This document shows, in pieces, positions 37,370 through 51,452 of a stretch of 64,000 bases of DNA. Positions within the stretch are counted from its first letter, which is position 1. Each line of letters starts with the position of its first letter. The stretch spans positions 11,036,001-11,100,000 of the forward strand of contig OZ193909.1 in the NCBI GenBank assembly GCA_964276515.1, written 5' to 3'. This stretch comes from Gordius albopunctatus. Its lineage: Eukaryota. The notes beneath the pieces were generated by a model. The model saw only the letters and a list, made by a program, of their open reading frames with translations, had not been told where the DNA came from and made no database searches. The position numbers were made by a program, and so were the translations under genes.

Positions 37370-38750
37370 TAGAGACCTGCAACGGGCCTGTTTAGGTCAG
37401 TCGGCCCGCCCGTAATAAAAATTTAAAAGCCCGGCCCGACCCGGGCCCGTCAAAATATTAAATTATAAGCCCGGGCCCGGCCCGCTAATTTTATACAAGG
37501 CCCGGGCCCGTAAAATTTTTTTATTTTAATTTTTTTAATTTTTTTATCGGTATGGTAAACAATATGTTTGTGTTAAAAATGTTAATAAAAATAGCTTAAA
37601 AAGAAAAAAATGGTAATTCCCGGTCACTCGAGTCCTTCTATCTTTTAAGAAACGACCTACATGGAAAAATTTTTACAAGTGGCACTTCAGGATACATAAA
37701 ACCAAATATAAGCCAAATAAACGGTTAAAACCCTTATTTAAGGTTACAATGTTTTAATAAAACTACTTAGCTTCTTTGCTTTGCCACCATTTTAAATAAT
37801 TGGGTTATTGATATTAAATGAGAAAACAATGATAAAAGTAACTTGAGGAAATAAATTTTAGAATTTGTTTTTAAATTTGTTAATGATAAGGCATTGCTCG
37901 GGGTCAGATAAAGTATAAGTTAGCAACGGTCAGCATTGATTTGCAGGGAATTATTTAGCCAGTTTCGCATTCATCCGTTATAAATTAACAACCTAGACAA
38001 ATTGCCAAAATAAGTTTATTAATAAAGGCAATCAGTCAGGCACAAAAACAATAATGAAATTTGAGCTTAGGTGAGGTTAAAAAAAGTAAAGCCAATCAGC
38101 GGTCAGCTAAATAAAAACCTTTAACAGAAGCATAAGTCCACGCCATTAAAAACGCGTATAAGTTTCCACGGCAATTATTGAAAAATTACAAGTTGCACAG
38201 GACAGGATGGACAGGACGGATAACCAAAAGAGAGACCATAAATTGTATAGCAATTAATATAAATAATTCTAAATAATATTAAAATAATTCACTCAATATT
38301 GCTAGAGGGTATAAATGGGGAGGCAAATATGGACAGCTGCACCGCTCCAAATCCAAAAATTCCGGATGAAAAGAACATTTTTTGCCCTATTTAAACTGCC
38401 ACTCTCCAATTAAAATTGGCTCCGCCCATGGGATCACGTGTATAAATTATCTTTAGCATTTATAATGTGTGTTGAGCTATTGATAAATTAATGAACTAGG
38501 ATTGAAACAAAGTTTAACTTTCCTTGTTAATTTAATATACATAAAATAATTACAAATTAGAACATTATAAAAATACCTTCTTTTATACTAAATCTAATTA
38601 ATTTTTTAGCGGGCTTTTAACGGACCTTATGTTTAATAGGCCCGGCCCGAGCCCGTTACGTTATATATCGGCCCGTCCAGGGCCGGCCCGTTGTTTTATT
38701 TTTAAGCAGAAGCCCAGCCCGTGAGCCGGGCCGGGCCGTGCAGGTCTCTA
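37370..38750. mobile_element. Non-autonomous hAT element
   Basis: Perfect 12-bp TIR TAGAGACCTGCA / TGCAGGTCTCTA; 8-bp TSD GTTTAGAG; GGCCCG subterminal arrays. Confidence 0.92.
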
Positions 38751-38899
38751 GTTTAGAGGATATAGAAAGAAATTATAATAAGAGGAAAGCTTAATAAGTA
38801 AATGAAGGAAAAATTTTCGGGAAGAAAGTGCAACTATTTTTATCATGATTAATTTATATACATATATCATAAATTTATCATGTTTCTTTCATATACAAA

Positions 38900-39345
38900 T
38901 TTCTTTTGCCAACTTGTCTAGTGTTGCTTTATAACGGATTATTGCGAAACTGGCTAAATAATTCCTTGCAATTAATGATGACAGTTGCTTACTTCTAATT
39001 TGTCTGACCCTGACCCTAGGCTAAAATTCTTGTGTATTGCCATTTTTTGCTGCTTATTTTCGTTTATAAATTTCTTTTGGCAACTTGTCTAGGTTGTTAC
39101 TTTTTAATGGATGATTGCAATACTGGCTGAATAATTCCCTGCATATTAATGATTACAACTGCCTACTTCTAATTTGTCTACCTCTGGCCCTAAGCCAGAA
39201 TCATTGTTAATTTCTATATATTTTTGCTGCTCATTTTTGTGCATAAATTTATTTTGGCCACTTGTCTAGGTTATTGATTTAAAACGGATGATTGCGAAGC
39301 TGGCTAAATAATTCCCTGCAAATTAATCACTCGTTACTTACTTCT
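38900..39345. repeat. Tandem array of ~175-bp units (about 2.5 copies)
   Basis: 'acttgtctag...ctggctaaataattcc.tgca...ctacttctaa' recurs at ~38912, ~39083 and ~39260. Confidence 0.8.
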
Positions 39346-39652
39346 AAAACTATCCCAGCCTCCCAACTTCTTTTTGCTCTCTTTTCCCACCCCCGTATCA
39401 ATCATCTGGCTTAAACCCTCTTCTCAGAACGCGCCCAGACATGAATCGTACACAGAATCTTACTAATGTGCTTGTTAAGATTAGGCTCCTTAAATATTAT
39501 GAATTATCACAAAGAATTTTATTGGGAATATGATACGTTTAAGCCCTTTAAGGATTTTTTAATTAACATTCAATTTTTGGATTGTAAACAACGATGAAAA
39601 AATCATATGATATAAAGTTCAGACATAAATTCATTAAATCTGCGCCATTTAT

Positions 39653-42600
39653 ATGATGGATAGGTTAACAAATGTTATTTTATATTATTATAAAATGTGT
39701 TGTAAATTTATAATTATGAACACAACTAACTCTACTCATTTTGATTGCATATTTTTAAAATGGTTTGGTAACATATTCTTATAATTATAGATTCTTCATT
39801 TAATTTCACAATAAATTAATGCTTATAAATTAATTGTGTTATTGAAACATAATAAATTTGATTAAATAAAATAAATTAGTATGTGGACTTACCATATTAA
39901 TATTTGATTTCTGAAATGTGACAAATCATTCTTATGTGATAATTATAAATCTTGTTTTAATGCTACCTACAAATGTTAATTTATATATTAAAGTATACTT
40001 AATAACTAACATTTTAACTAGTTATAGATTGATTAGTTATTAAGGATTTGCATAAGTAGGCATAGTCAGTCAAATCTTTTAACAGGCTGGGCAAAGATTG
40101 GCTTTGTCCTCAAAATTGAACATTGGGCCATTCAAAATATTGATTTTTATCTATTTTAATTATATTTTATATTGCAATAATGTATGATAGGAGTCTATAA
40201 ATTCTTTTACTGACCTTATATTTAAATTTTATTTTAAAAAAGATTAGAACATTTTTAGAATAGATTTTACCCACTGAATTTTTTTTATAAAAAATATCTA
40301 TACTATTGACACATATTTTATTTTCAATTATTTAAATTAAGGAATAATTAATTCAATAAAAAGTTTTATTAAATATTTTGTATATTATCAAATAATTATG
40401 GTTAAGGTAATTTTTAAATAAATAGATCCTAATGGATTATGAAGGAGCATGCATATGAAAATTGTGTGAGAAAATATGCTCAAAATCTTCAAATTAGACC
40501 TATTATTAATAAATTAGCTTATCAATAAATTTTACTGATTCCATGTTGGACATGTGAGCTGAGAATGGGTGGTATAAGATGCTCTTTTTAAGAGAATCAT
40601 GGAACAAATGAAATGAGCTTAGTAATATTTTAAACTGTTTTGTGCTTGACTTTAAAGTTCAGACCTTTCTAATTTAAGACATTCAAAAACTTTTGAACTC
40701 TTATTAAATCTTTTTTTAATGAATTTTTTATTTCTGAATATTGTGTTTAATCCCTTAATATTGATGAAATGAATACATCTTAATTTAGTATTTCATTACC
40801 TATAATCTTTTATTTTTAAATAGCATTGACGATGATTATTCCCCACAAGACAATGAGGCTGAAGTGTCCAAGATACGAAAAAGAAAAGATGTAATTTAGC
40901 ATATGTTTTTTTACGCGTACTCATTTCGTTTTTTAGGATTTAGGCAATCGTTCTGGTAAAAAAATTAGCAAACCACAAGGAAGACCTAGAAAACATGCAA
41001 ATACTATTGACCCCGCTTCTTCCTTATTTGAAATTGTAAAGCAAGGAAGAAGTTCTTTTCAGGTATACTTAAAGAACGTACACCAAACTTGTCCCTTTTT
41101 AACACTAGAGCTTTGCAAATAGATTATATTTGGCCCGAGCCCGGCTTCATTTTTTAAATTTTTGCCAGCCCGGCCCAAAAATCTCTTGGGCCTGGTCAGG
41201 CCTCCTGCTGCCCTTGCAGAGCCCTAGTTAATACATAGTCTTTTACGTAGGCGTAGCCAGAATTGGAATTAGAGGGGGGGGCAATGATGATTTTTTGAAA
41301 TTTAAGTCATAATTTTAATAAATTTTACGAAATTTTTGGATTTAGAGTTGAAGTAGCCGCCCCTTACGCCTCCCCCCGCTACGCCCATGGTCTTTTATAC
41401 ATTACTGTACTGTATAGACTAGTGTTGTAAAAAAAAGGGGGGGGTGGGATTTGTTTGGTGGACCTTTGGTTTTAGTGGAATAAACACATAAACAGACCAA
41501 AGAAGGCTTTTTGGTGTCTTTATCAAAAAACATTCAGGTCTGTTTAGGCAGGCTTAGTCCACTAAAACCAAAGGCCGACCAATCAAATCCGAGCCGTGTT
41601 AAACACTAGTATAGACCTTAGGGGTGGACAATAGATTTAGACAAGGGTTAATTGTTTAATTTATGGATTTTATGATAACAACGCTAATTAAACTAATATT
41701 GAAACGTGAAAATAAAATAAACGCTTGCGCAGGCCATAGTTGATGAATGGATAGAGCGATACAAGAAAGACAAGATAGTTGCCGTTAGCAATCTCATGCA
41801 ATTTTTCATCGATTCCTCGGGGTGTAAAGGTCGTATTACGGGAGACATGCAGACTACCATGGAACACGCCGAAATCATTAGAAAAATGACGGAGCAATTC
41901 GACGAGGTTAATACATGCTGCCCTGATACCCCTAACCTTTAACATGTTTCTTCCTCTTCGTTTACATCGTTTCCGAAACCTATATTTCATGCTAGCTTTT
42001 AACGCCTAAACCGCTATTAGATGCTATAATTTAAATAAATGGATCCAAAACTACCCTTAATCAATGAGCATACTTTTAACTTCTATAGGTAATATTAAAT
42101 AGAAGCACCGTTTTATGCTTCAAGCAGAACCGCTTGAGTTTATACGAAATAAACTAGCGCCCCAAAATGAACGTCTTTAACGGGCTTATCCATTAATATT
42201 TACATAGCTGTAGCTCATGAAGTTATTGCCTGTTTCGCATCTTTATTATGGATTTGGTTTAGAAAACGTGTTAACTATTTATCTAGTCGGGTTTAAATTG
42301 CATACTTTTTATCGACCTCTTTTACTTCTCTTCGTTGCATCCTATGCCTATAAAATTACTTTACGTATTATTTTTAACACTCCGTCGGTCGGGTCTAAAA
42401 TGCTAACACGGATGGTATTTGGGGTCATAATTACCCCAAACTTTAAATAGCTATAACTTCCATGTTTTATAATATAAACTTGTCAAAATTTGCTATTATA
42501 ATATTTCAACTCTTATACGTTCATTAATATATTAATTTGGCTATTTGATCAAGTGGTTAAAATTTTATATCTCTATTTAGAACAACCCACAGAATTTTTT

Positions 42601-45600
42601 CCCTAATGACTATTTTGCCTCATACCCAATAAAATATATTATATTTTATGGTTTAATTAATAAGATCTTATAAAAGAAGGTTGAAACTATAAATGTGGAA
42701 AATTTGGTAATAATCAACCCAAAAACAAAAAAATAGAGATGTTAAATTTAGGCAATTTTTGGCCTTTAATTTTTTATAGCAAAAAGAGTTACTGTGTGTC
42801 TCAACTTATATTCGTATAAATTGAAATGTTATTTTATAAAAATTTTTATACAGATTCATAATAAAAGATCAAAATTAAGAATATGAAAAAAAATTTAAAT
42901 GAAAAATGTTATATAAGAAATTTTATGAGGCTATAAAAGTAGTTACATTAGATTTTATTTTATACATATATTTTTAGTCACAAATTCTAATTATTTGAGA
43001 TAAAATGCTTAAATCTGGTCACTTTGTCTCAAGTGATATAACCTAAAAGGTACAGAATACTAATTATATTTATTCATTTGAAAATTTACAAAATATATAT
43101 ACAAATGTGACATTGTTGCTCTAAAAATGTTTAATTCATCTCTGCTCAATAAGTCATTGAGGTTTTGATGATTCAATTTATACAAATAAAAAATCAATTA
43201 TAAAGTCTAAATTGATTGTACATAATATCTAAAAAATACAATATGTCTATAATAGCATTGAGTTATTTGAGAGTAATTTTATCTTGTGTTCCTTGGTTGC
43301 TAAATTTCACTATAATCAACTCTTTCATATGTAATAAGTAATTTAAAACTATTTTTGTTAGGCATATCAATTAACTCTTCTTCATCCCCCTTTAACTCTC
43401 TCTCGGATTCATGACCACTCATGTAGGTAGATGTAATCATCAGAATCACCAATAACTACTTGAGAAAATGTTATAACTGTTATGTGTATATATACCATCT
43501 ACATCTTCAGACGAAGATACATCAAAAAACTTGGGAAAAATCACACAAATAAGCACTTTGAAATACCACGACGAAAAATTAACATGTGAAAATTAGAGTT
43601 TAAAATTTGAATATTTTCAATAAAAAGAAATGTATACAAAAAGTTTTTCCACAAGTGGGTTTACGATAATGGGTTTTAATAATATACTTCAAAAAAATGT
43701 TGAAAATTTTTTTTGTTCATATTGTGGAACGTGGGGTCCTGGAAGACCCGTGGCATCTAAAACACGCTGTATATTAAAAACTATTGGATAAAAACTAGCC
43801 AAATTTCGCAGAGATATTCTGGGGTAAATTTTGTTAAGCTACTGAAAAAATGAAATTGTAATATTCACTAATTTATTTTTTACAGCGTTTTTAAACGGCT
43901 TGGGGTCATTAGGACCCCACCCGACCGACGCGGTGTCAAATTAAAATGGCCTTTGACCAAAACAAGGAATCATTTCAAATATCAGTTTAAGGTTATATTA
44001 GTTTTTGATTGTTGTGATGGCAGGTAATATCGCTAATGGTCTTACTTATTTTTAATTAAATTTTGGCCAAAATGAGATAACAGCTTAATGATTACTAACC
44101 TTAACCTACGACGAATTAAACCTTTTTATCGGGTTAGCATTTGGAGTCAAAGTAAATTTTTTTAACACTGATACTTTAAAAATAAATCTGAATTACAAGC
44201 TAGATTTTCGAATCAAACGAAAAACATAGTTTAAGTCAAAGTCATTATTTGAATAGGGTAAGAATTAAGGGATCACATTTTTAATTTAAAATTAAAATGT
44301 CTTATTCAAATTTTTCGGTCCGATTAGGCATGCTCATTTATATTTTTTCCCTTACTATATAATAGGACAGCGCCGATTACCCGATCATAATGAGCGGGAT
44401 TTACAAAAGATTTCGGCAGAATTTTTGCGACTTTATCGAAGTGTTGATCAAGCAATGCCAGTACAGCATTATCTTTGATCCTTTCGTCATTGACAATCTC
44501 ATCCACTTCCTCATCGGGTTGGCTGATTCTCAAATACGACCCTTCCGACACACCTCCTGTCTAGCAGGTTACATTCCACCCGAAAAACGCATAGCAACTG
44601 ATCTATTTCTTTTCTTTCATCTATTTACTATTATTCGTCCTGAAACTTAGATAAACTGCAACTGCAGGCATATTCACCTTTTTTATAGTTTAGAGGAATA
44701 ATTACTTATAAGTCATTTATGTATAAATGATAATTAAAGGGAAATCGTTTTTAGACGTTTCCTTGTTGGAAGATGCCAAAGTTTTTATTCATTTTCGTGC
44801 TAATTTGCGAAGAAATCATCCTTTTGAAGGCATAAAACAGACACTGCACCCTTTAAAGCAATGAGATCGTTTATATTGCCTATGAACAAATCTTAGTTTT
44901 GTAAACATTTTTCTATCCTTACAGCCTTGAAAATAATGACGGCCCTAGTTGATGTCGTTCTCAATATCAATATTAATTTGGAGTACGCGCAAAGGCAATA
45001 CGAAACGGAAAAACAAAAGTGTTATGGGAAAAGACCCACAGAACGATTGGAAATGCTTACCCACAAAAAACAAGAGGTAACATGTTCAATTTGATACTCA
45101 AACTGTTGATTTGTACCCATCCACCAGTGTATATATTAAATCTTCATTGATAACGCTTAAGATCGTTAGGAGCAATTCGTAAACAATTACTTTCATTGAA
45201 GTATTGAAATGTAATATATATCACGCGTGCTGTTTTTGTCACGCTCTATGCGATCCTGATTTAAAGGTAATAATATTTTTCAACTTTGACAGATCGAGGA
45301 AAACATGAATGACGTTTGTACGCAGTTAACCTACTTGTTTCGGAGTATCTTTGTACATCGATACCGGTAAGTCTTTTCTGTAACTTATTGTTTTGAACCA
45401 TTGGAACTGTCAAAATCATAGAATCTCTCGTCAACCAATGATTTTTATATTGCAGCGATAGCGTCCCCGATATAAGGGCTATGTGCATGCAAGAAATTGG
45501 AGTGTGGATGAAGAAATTCCCTAAAATGTTTTTGGACGATAGCTATCTCAAATACATTGGCTGGACGTTGTATGATAAGGTAATTTTAACTAAACCACCT

Positions 45601-48600
45601 TTTTGGTCCATTTTATAAATGAATTTATGAATACGATGCAGGTCGGAGAAGTTAGGCTGAAATGCTTACAATCCTTGCAACCGCTCTATTCCTCTGAAGA
45701 GTTGACCGTTCGCCTAGAATTATTTACAAATAAATTTAAGGTTAGATTTATATTTGCTTTTATGCCCACTTCGTGTTTTATTTCTATTTGGAGCTAAGTC
45801 CATCAAACACCCAACATTACACTTTGTAAAATCCCGAAATTGCTCACATTTTTATTTGTATTTGGCTAGACATTATTTATAATAGATTACATGCAGGTTT
45901 TAAATTTTGCTTTTAATTCTTTTTTGGCAAGAAGGCAATTTACTTCTTTCCAGATCATTAGAAAAATACATGCTAAAGTATATTAATTTTAGGAGAGTCA
46001 TGGGTCGAACAAAATTGTATTGGATTTCACAATTTTTATAGTAATTTTGTGGTTATGGTAGAAAATTATTTAGGTTCTCGTTCACCTATAAAGTTCTCGT
46101 TACCTTCACGAGCAAAGCTATATCGAGTGGTTTTCATATAAATGCGTGGTTTAGATAGTTAGGTGCAAGAGTTGACGAATTATGTTATATTATGTTTTGT
46201 AAGGATCGAATCATAGCTATGACGCTAGATAAAGAATACGAGGTAGCAGTGCAGGCGGTTAAGTTGGTTAACAACATCCTCAAACACCACAGGGATATTC
46301 TGACCGATCGTGATTGTGAACACGTTTACGAGTTGGTATACTCCATACATCGTCAGGTGTGTGTGTGTGTAATATTACCTTTTGCACCCGATACAAAAAA
46401 TTTAGTCTTTAAAAAAGAAATTTAAAATATTAAGCATGAAACGAATAATGTTGTCAAAAAATGTTAACTCTGATTTAGTGAAATTTGTCACCTGTCTCTG
46501 ACTCGAGTGAATATCTTACCTGTAATCATGGATGTTAGGATACTTGGTTTTTCTGATTTATATTAGAAATTGAGTTGTGCTGAGGTGACCTTCAAAAATA
46601 TTATATTTAGAAATAACAAGAATCAACGTTATTAGGCATATCTTACACGTTGGCCGCCCTTATGCATATTTATTTATACATGATTTTTAAACCCGACTCC
46701 AAATTAATGAATCATGACACATCACGCACTAGTTTTTGATGTAGGCATAGCTAATTCAGTGAATATCTATTTAACGCTGCTTAAATTTGAATTGATTAGG
46801 TTGCCCAAGCGGCGGGTGAGTTTTTGAAAGAGCGCCTTTTTACGCTGGATGAAGAAGCGTTGGGGAAATCGGTTAAAACTAAACGCGGGAAAAAGAGGTT
46901 ACCCAATAGCCCTCTCATTAAGGATTTGGTGCAATTTTTCATTGAGAGCGAAGTACGTTGTGCACCCCTTCATCTTATGTCTAGTAGTTATGCCAAACTG
47001 CTAAACCTTTTTTAATATAATTTCAATTAAATTCCCTGCTTTGCATAAAAATATGTGGAATGAGCAACGACTAAACCAATACGTAACAAATTTTTGATAA
47101 CAACCAAATTATTATTATTAGTGAAGACCCTGATAATATAACTAAAAATAGTCGTCTTATGCCGCATCTCAATTTGACGTTTTACAACGCGATAAAAATC
47201 ACATACGCGTTAGATCCCCTCCCCAATTATTTATGCCCAACAAAATTCAGAGATTTATAAAAAGCGATTTTTTATATATCCATACTTTGTTAGTACGTTG
47301 TTGAAGTATACCAGAATATCGTTTTTATGATAGTTTGCCCTTGAATATTACTCTGGTAAATTTTATTTTTAATAATTTCCTCGCAGAAATTAAGATTTCT
47401 TTACTAAGGGGAATTAAGGCAACACCCTAAGTTTCTTTAACCGTTTTGCCATTTAACGCTATCTGTTAGTTGCACGAACATGGGGCATACCTCGTGGATA
47501 GTTTGATCGAAACGAACGAGATGATGAAGGATTGGGAATGCATGACAGATCTGCTCTTGGAAGAACCGGGACGGGGCGAGGACGGTACACATAGATTAAA
47601 TGTCGCTATTTCTTAGGCTATATATTATTCGTATCTTAAGTACATACGAATGCCAAATAACGTTTTCCCCCGTAAATTTACTCAAAATTTAATAAGGTTA
47701 TTTCAAACTTAAAGATGTTATCATATTTGCGACTCGCTAATAGAATGTTTGAATCGTGGCACATGTACATAATGAGTATATTATCAATACGTTAGCTTTG
47801 GACAATCACCAGGAAACGAGTTTGATTGAGATAATGACTTGTTGCGTAAAACAAGCCGCAACCGGAGAACCTCCTGTAGGCCGTGCGGCCACTCGAAAAG
47901 GACACGTAATTTTATACTTTTAAAACTCATGCATTGTTTAAATAAGTAATTTTTGCTAGAATCACAAAATCTTGATAGCGTTAGTAATAAAATTAGCCTT
48001 CGAATACTGCAAATCTTAACGTTACGGTGGATTTAAAGTTATAAATGTATTTTGAACAATTGTATAGGCTTCCGTGAAAGAGAGTAAGCTTCTTTCCGAA
48101 GAGCGATTGAGATTGACGGAACATTTTATCCTTACTCTGCCGAATCTCCTTGCTAAAGTAATATTTTTATCGTAATATTATGAGAATTTAATTTTAAAAA
48201 TTATAGTATATTGCCGATCCCGAGAAAATATCCAATTTACTTCAAATCCCTCAGTACTTTGATCTCGAGGTTTACGTCTCAAGTCGATCGGAGAAAGTAT
48301 ATTATATCTTATTATTTTACACACTTGGAAAATGCAATAATTTTATTTATTTTTTATGGAGAAATTTTGTACAACTTATTGATTGGAGGTATTGAAAAGC
48401 TAATGTTTGAACCAACTAAAGGAAAGAGTGATTAAATTACTCGGCAAAGCTATTTTATATATCTGTTTAATTCCTCGTCATACATCATCGATTTTTGCTT
48501 TAGCATTTGGAACAATTGTTGAAATACGTGGAGGAAATAATGTTAAAACATCTCCACCCCGACGTACTGAGCGCTTGTGCCAAAACCTACGAATACCTGT

Positions 48601-51396
48601 GTTCAGACGAGCACATCTCTAACGCCAAATGCAAGATATCCCGCAGTACGCTAGTGGACAAACTGGTAGAACGGTTCAAAACCTCCTACGAAGATTTTGT
48701 ACAAGAAGTAATCAGATACATTAATATTGTATAAAATTTGTTGAGAGTCTTCAACACCCATTGTTAGTTACGTTAATTATTTTTGCTATGTTATGGGTCA
48801 TTAGTCTAGTTATTTTATAAATTTTATCCAATCTTATGCTTATTGCGTGCTTGATATTAGAAAGAGGAACACGACGAAGATCAAATATTTGCTCTCACTT
48901 CTAGTTTAAAGAGGCTCGCGGCTTTGAATGAGTTCCACGATGTGGCTTCTTGGGATTTGTGGGACAACCTGGTATTTTTACTAAAATGTGCCGTCGATTC
49001 GGGGAAACAGGACAAAGTGCCGAAAGAGATCATAAGGAATGTTTTGTCTATGTGTCATTATCACATCTTTTGGCACTTGCACTCATTGAACGGTCAAATA
49101 TTGTCAAAGTCCAATTCTGCTTCCATAACGCAACTAAGCAACCCCGCTACCACACCGAACCTCTCCGATAGCGCAAATGCTAATACGCCAAGGGCTGAGA
49201 ACCAGACCCCAGCCACAACAGATACGAACCCCGAACCGCCCACGTCTGCTAATCTAAACCTTCCCCAGCTACCACCTTCGACAACCGAGCAAATAAAGCT
49301 TCTAAGACAACGGTTGGGCGAATACATTGCGTTGTGTCAAGAGTTGATGTTCATTGGTGGCCAAGTTGAAGAAGATGTAATCACTTGTTAAACACACACT
49401 CACTAACACTAATACCTACATGCATGTACACATAATAAAGATGCGCTTTTTGTGGCACTTTTAGGCTTACCTTTCCGTGTGCGATATGTTGATAGCCTTC
49501 AACAGGCATCTTGTCCACCTTCACACAGCATTCCAGTCACTCGTTTTGGAGCCCGATAAAAATTTGATTGTAAGCAACATTCTACATTGGTTACGGATGT
49601 TTAATTATATTTAATTCTTTAGACTCAACTCAATAGTTTTGTCGGGGAAAGGGTGTTCGTAGTCTCGGCAGAAGGCGAGGAAGAAAATGTTGGGCAAAAT
49701 AAAATAGAGCAATTACGAAAGGGGAGAAATTTTTTGGCCTCATTTTGTAAACTGATTATATACAACATAATTAGCATACAAAATGCCGTTGACATTTTCA
49801 GGAATTACACCAAAGTGAGTCATAAAACTCTTAAAACTGAACTGGTATAAAAATAATGTGTGTCGTATTTATTAGTTTTATACGGATTACGGTGACATTA
49901 TAAAGACAACGATTAGTAAGGCGCGGGAGATAAACAAAGTGAAGTGTGCCAAAGTTATGATAACAGCTCTTCAATACCAATTTAAGAGTCTATTTGAGTC
50001 GAGTAATCAAACACCAGTTGGACCAAAAAATATAGCCTCGACCGAAGGGTTTGCTTCTATAAAAGAACTTGGTAGACGTTTTTGCTTGTCGTTTGGATTG
50101 GATCAAATTAAAAACCGTGAAGCCATAGCCCTCATTCATAAGTAAGGATTGTTTACCAGCTGAACTTTTTAAATATTCTTTTAGGGAAGGGATAATTTTC
50201 TCCCTTTCGTCGTTATTCGGTAATGCGGGGATGGATAATTCTCATAACGCTTCTTACACACCACTTCCGCCCAAGAATATCACCTTCCTCGAGGTCGTGG
50301 GCGAATTTTCCAACAAATTGATGAAACAAGACAAACGGACGGTGTATGTAACTCTACTGACGCATAACCCCTTTTTTCTTCACCCTTTCAACTCTCGTTT
50401 TTTTCGCTTTATATCAGGCTACTCTTCCTCGAGCGACACCTACCTCCAGGAGCCCTCAATTATAAAGGCGAGGAATGGCAACCACTTTTCACCTACCGAA
50501 ATAGTTTGCTACAAAATCTCGAAAACGAATCGTACAGCAGGATGAGATTTGCATCCGCTTCAACCCCAGCTCCTCCTTCTAACATGAGTCCCTTACAAGA
50601 TCACGCCATGATGACCCCTTCGAATTTGTATACTCCCATTAACGTGTCAAACAAGGGCATAATTTGTGAAAGTAATCGAAAACACCACAATTCATAACGT
50701 GTGTGTTTATCTTAATTTTTATGCAAAGATTCCTCGTTGGCCTCGACATCGACCATACTTCACCAAGATTTGCACCCGATTTACGAGCACGAAGAAGAAA
50801 TGGCAGAAATAGGGGAAAAGGACCTTAATATGTAACCTTGTTTTGGCCTGTTTACATTGCATAAAAAATTAATATATGCCAAAATAATCCCCTTTTAATT
50901 GTCAAATTTATTTAAACCGAAGTAAATTTAAAATAGGTGAAAATCGCGGTTTAACACATTTTATTTATTACATGTTCTTTAAATCCAGGAATAAAATATT
51001 TGCCATTATATTGGGCATACATAGGTTTTTAGGTACTAACATTTCGCTCGACGAAAACAGTCACTCAGAGAGAACGCCTCACGTGGGAGAGAGTGGGGGA
51101 AAATTGGGTTATTTACAAATGCATGATCATAGCAATCATTTGCAGCAACAAAGTTTATTCTCCAAGTAAGTTAATATAATTACAATATAAGTTTGCATTG
51201 TCCGACATTTATTTTATTAGCCCGTCAAATATCAACGATTTAACTTCGTTCGTTATGAATGTGGATATGGGCCAAGGTGCAGATGAACCCATCCCTTCAC
51301 TCGATCAGATCCCCCATTACATGGTATGCGTTTGTATTCCATGGCATTTGTTGTATATATTGCTTATCGTAAATTTATTATGTCGTTTAGATGTAA
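39653..51396 (+). CDS. STAG1: Cohesin subunit SA (stromalin / Scc3 / STAG1-2-like), ~26 exons
   Basis: In-frame GT-AG exons: 39653-39663 (tentative start), 40824-40890, 40937-41062, 41733-41906, 44366-44567, 44925-45076, 45293-45366, 45456-45579, 45642-45740, 46204-46356, 46800-46952, 47470-47584, 47796-47905, 48068-48157, 48207-48296, 48504-48707, 48861-49376, 49465-49569, 49623-49814, 49876-50141, 50185-50343, 50418-50671, 50729-50831, 51025-51165, 51221-51323, 51391-51396. Motifs [58 protein letters not shown]1 vs STAG2 orthology cannot be resolved; first and last exons are tentative. Confidence 0.93.
41106..41226. mobile_element. Small hAT-like MITE in STAG intron 3
   Basis: TAGAGCTTTGCA / TGCAGAGCCCTA; degenerate TSD TTTAACAC / GTTAATAC. 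Confidence 0.65.
41246..41389. mobile_element. hAT MITE (CATGGGCGTAGC family)
   Basis: CGTAGGCGTAGC / GCTACGCCCATG; 8-bp TSD GTCTTTTA. Confidence 0.85.
41420..41608. mobile_element. hAT MITE (TAGTGTT ends)
   Basis: TAGTGTT / AACACTA; 8-bp TSD GTATAGAC. Confidence 0.85.
42378..43935. mobile_element. Non-autonomous piggyBac-like element in STAG intron 4
   Basis: TTAA|CACTCCGTCGGTCGGG ... CCCGACCGACGCGGTG|TCAA; internal GGGGTC..GACCCC palindromes near both ends. Confidence 0.75.
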
Positions 51397-51452
51397 GGCG
51401 TGGTATTGAACACAACAAAGGAGATGGAAAAACTGGCAAACACTTTTTGTAA

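Noticed and set aside
41688..41990. Minus-strand ORFs over STAG exons (also 44324-44551, 45261-45488, 49094-49327)
   Set aside because: Antisense shadows of real plus-strand exons.
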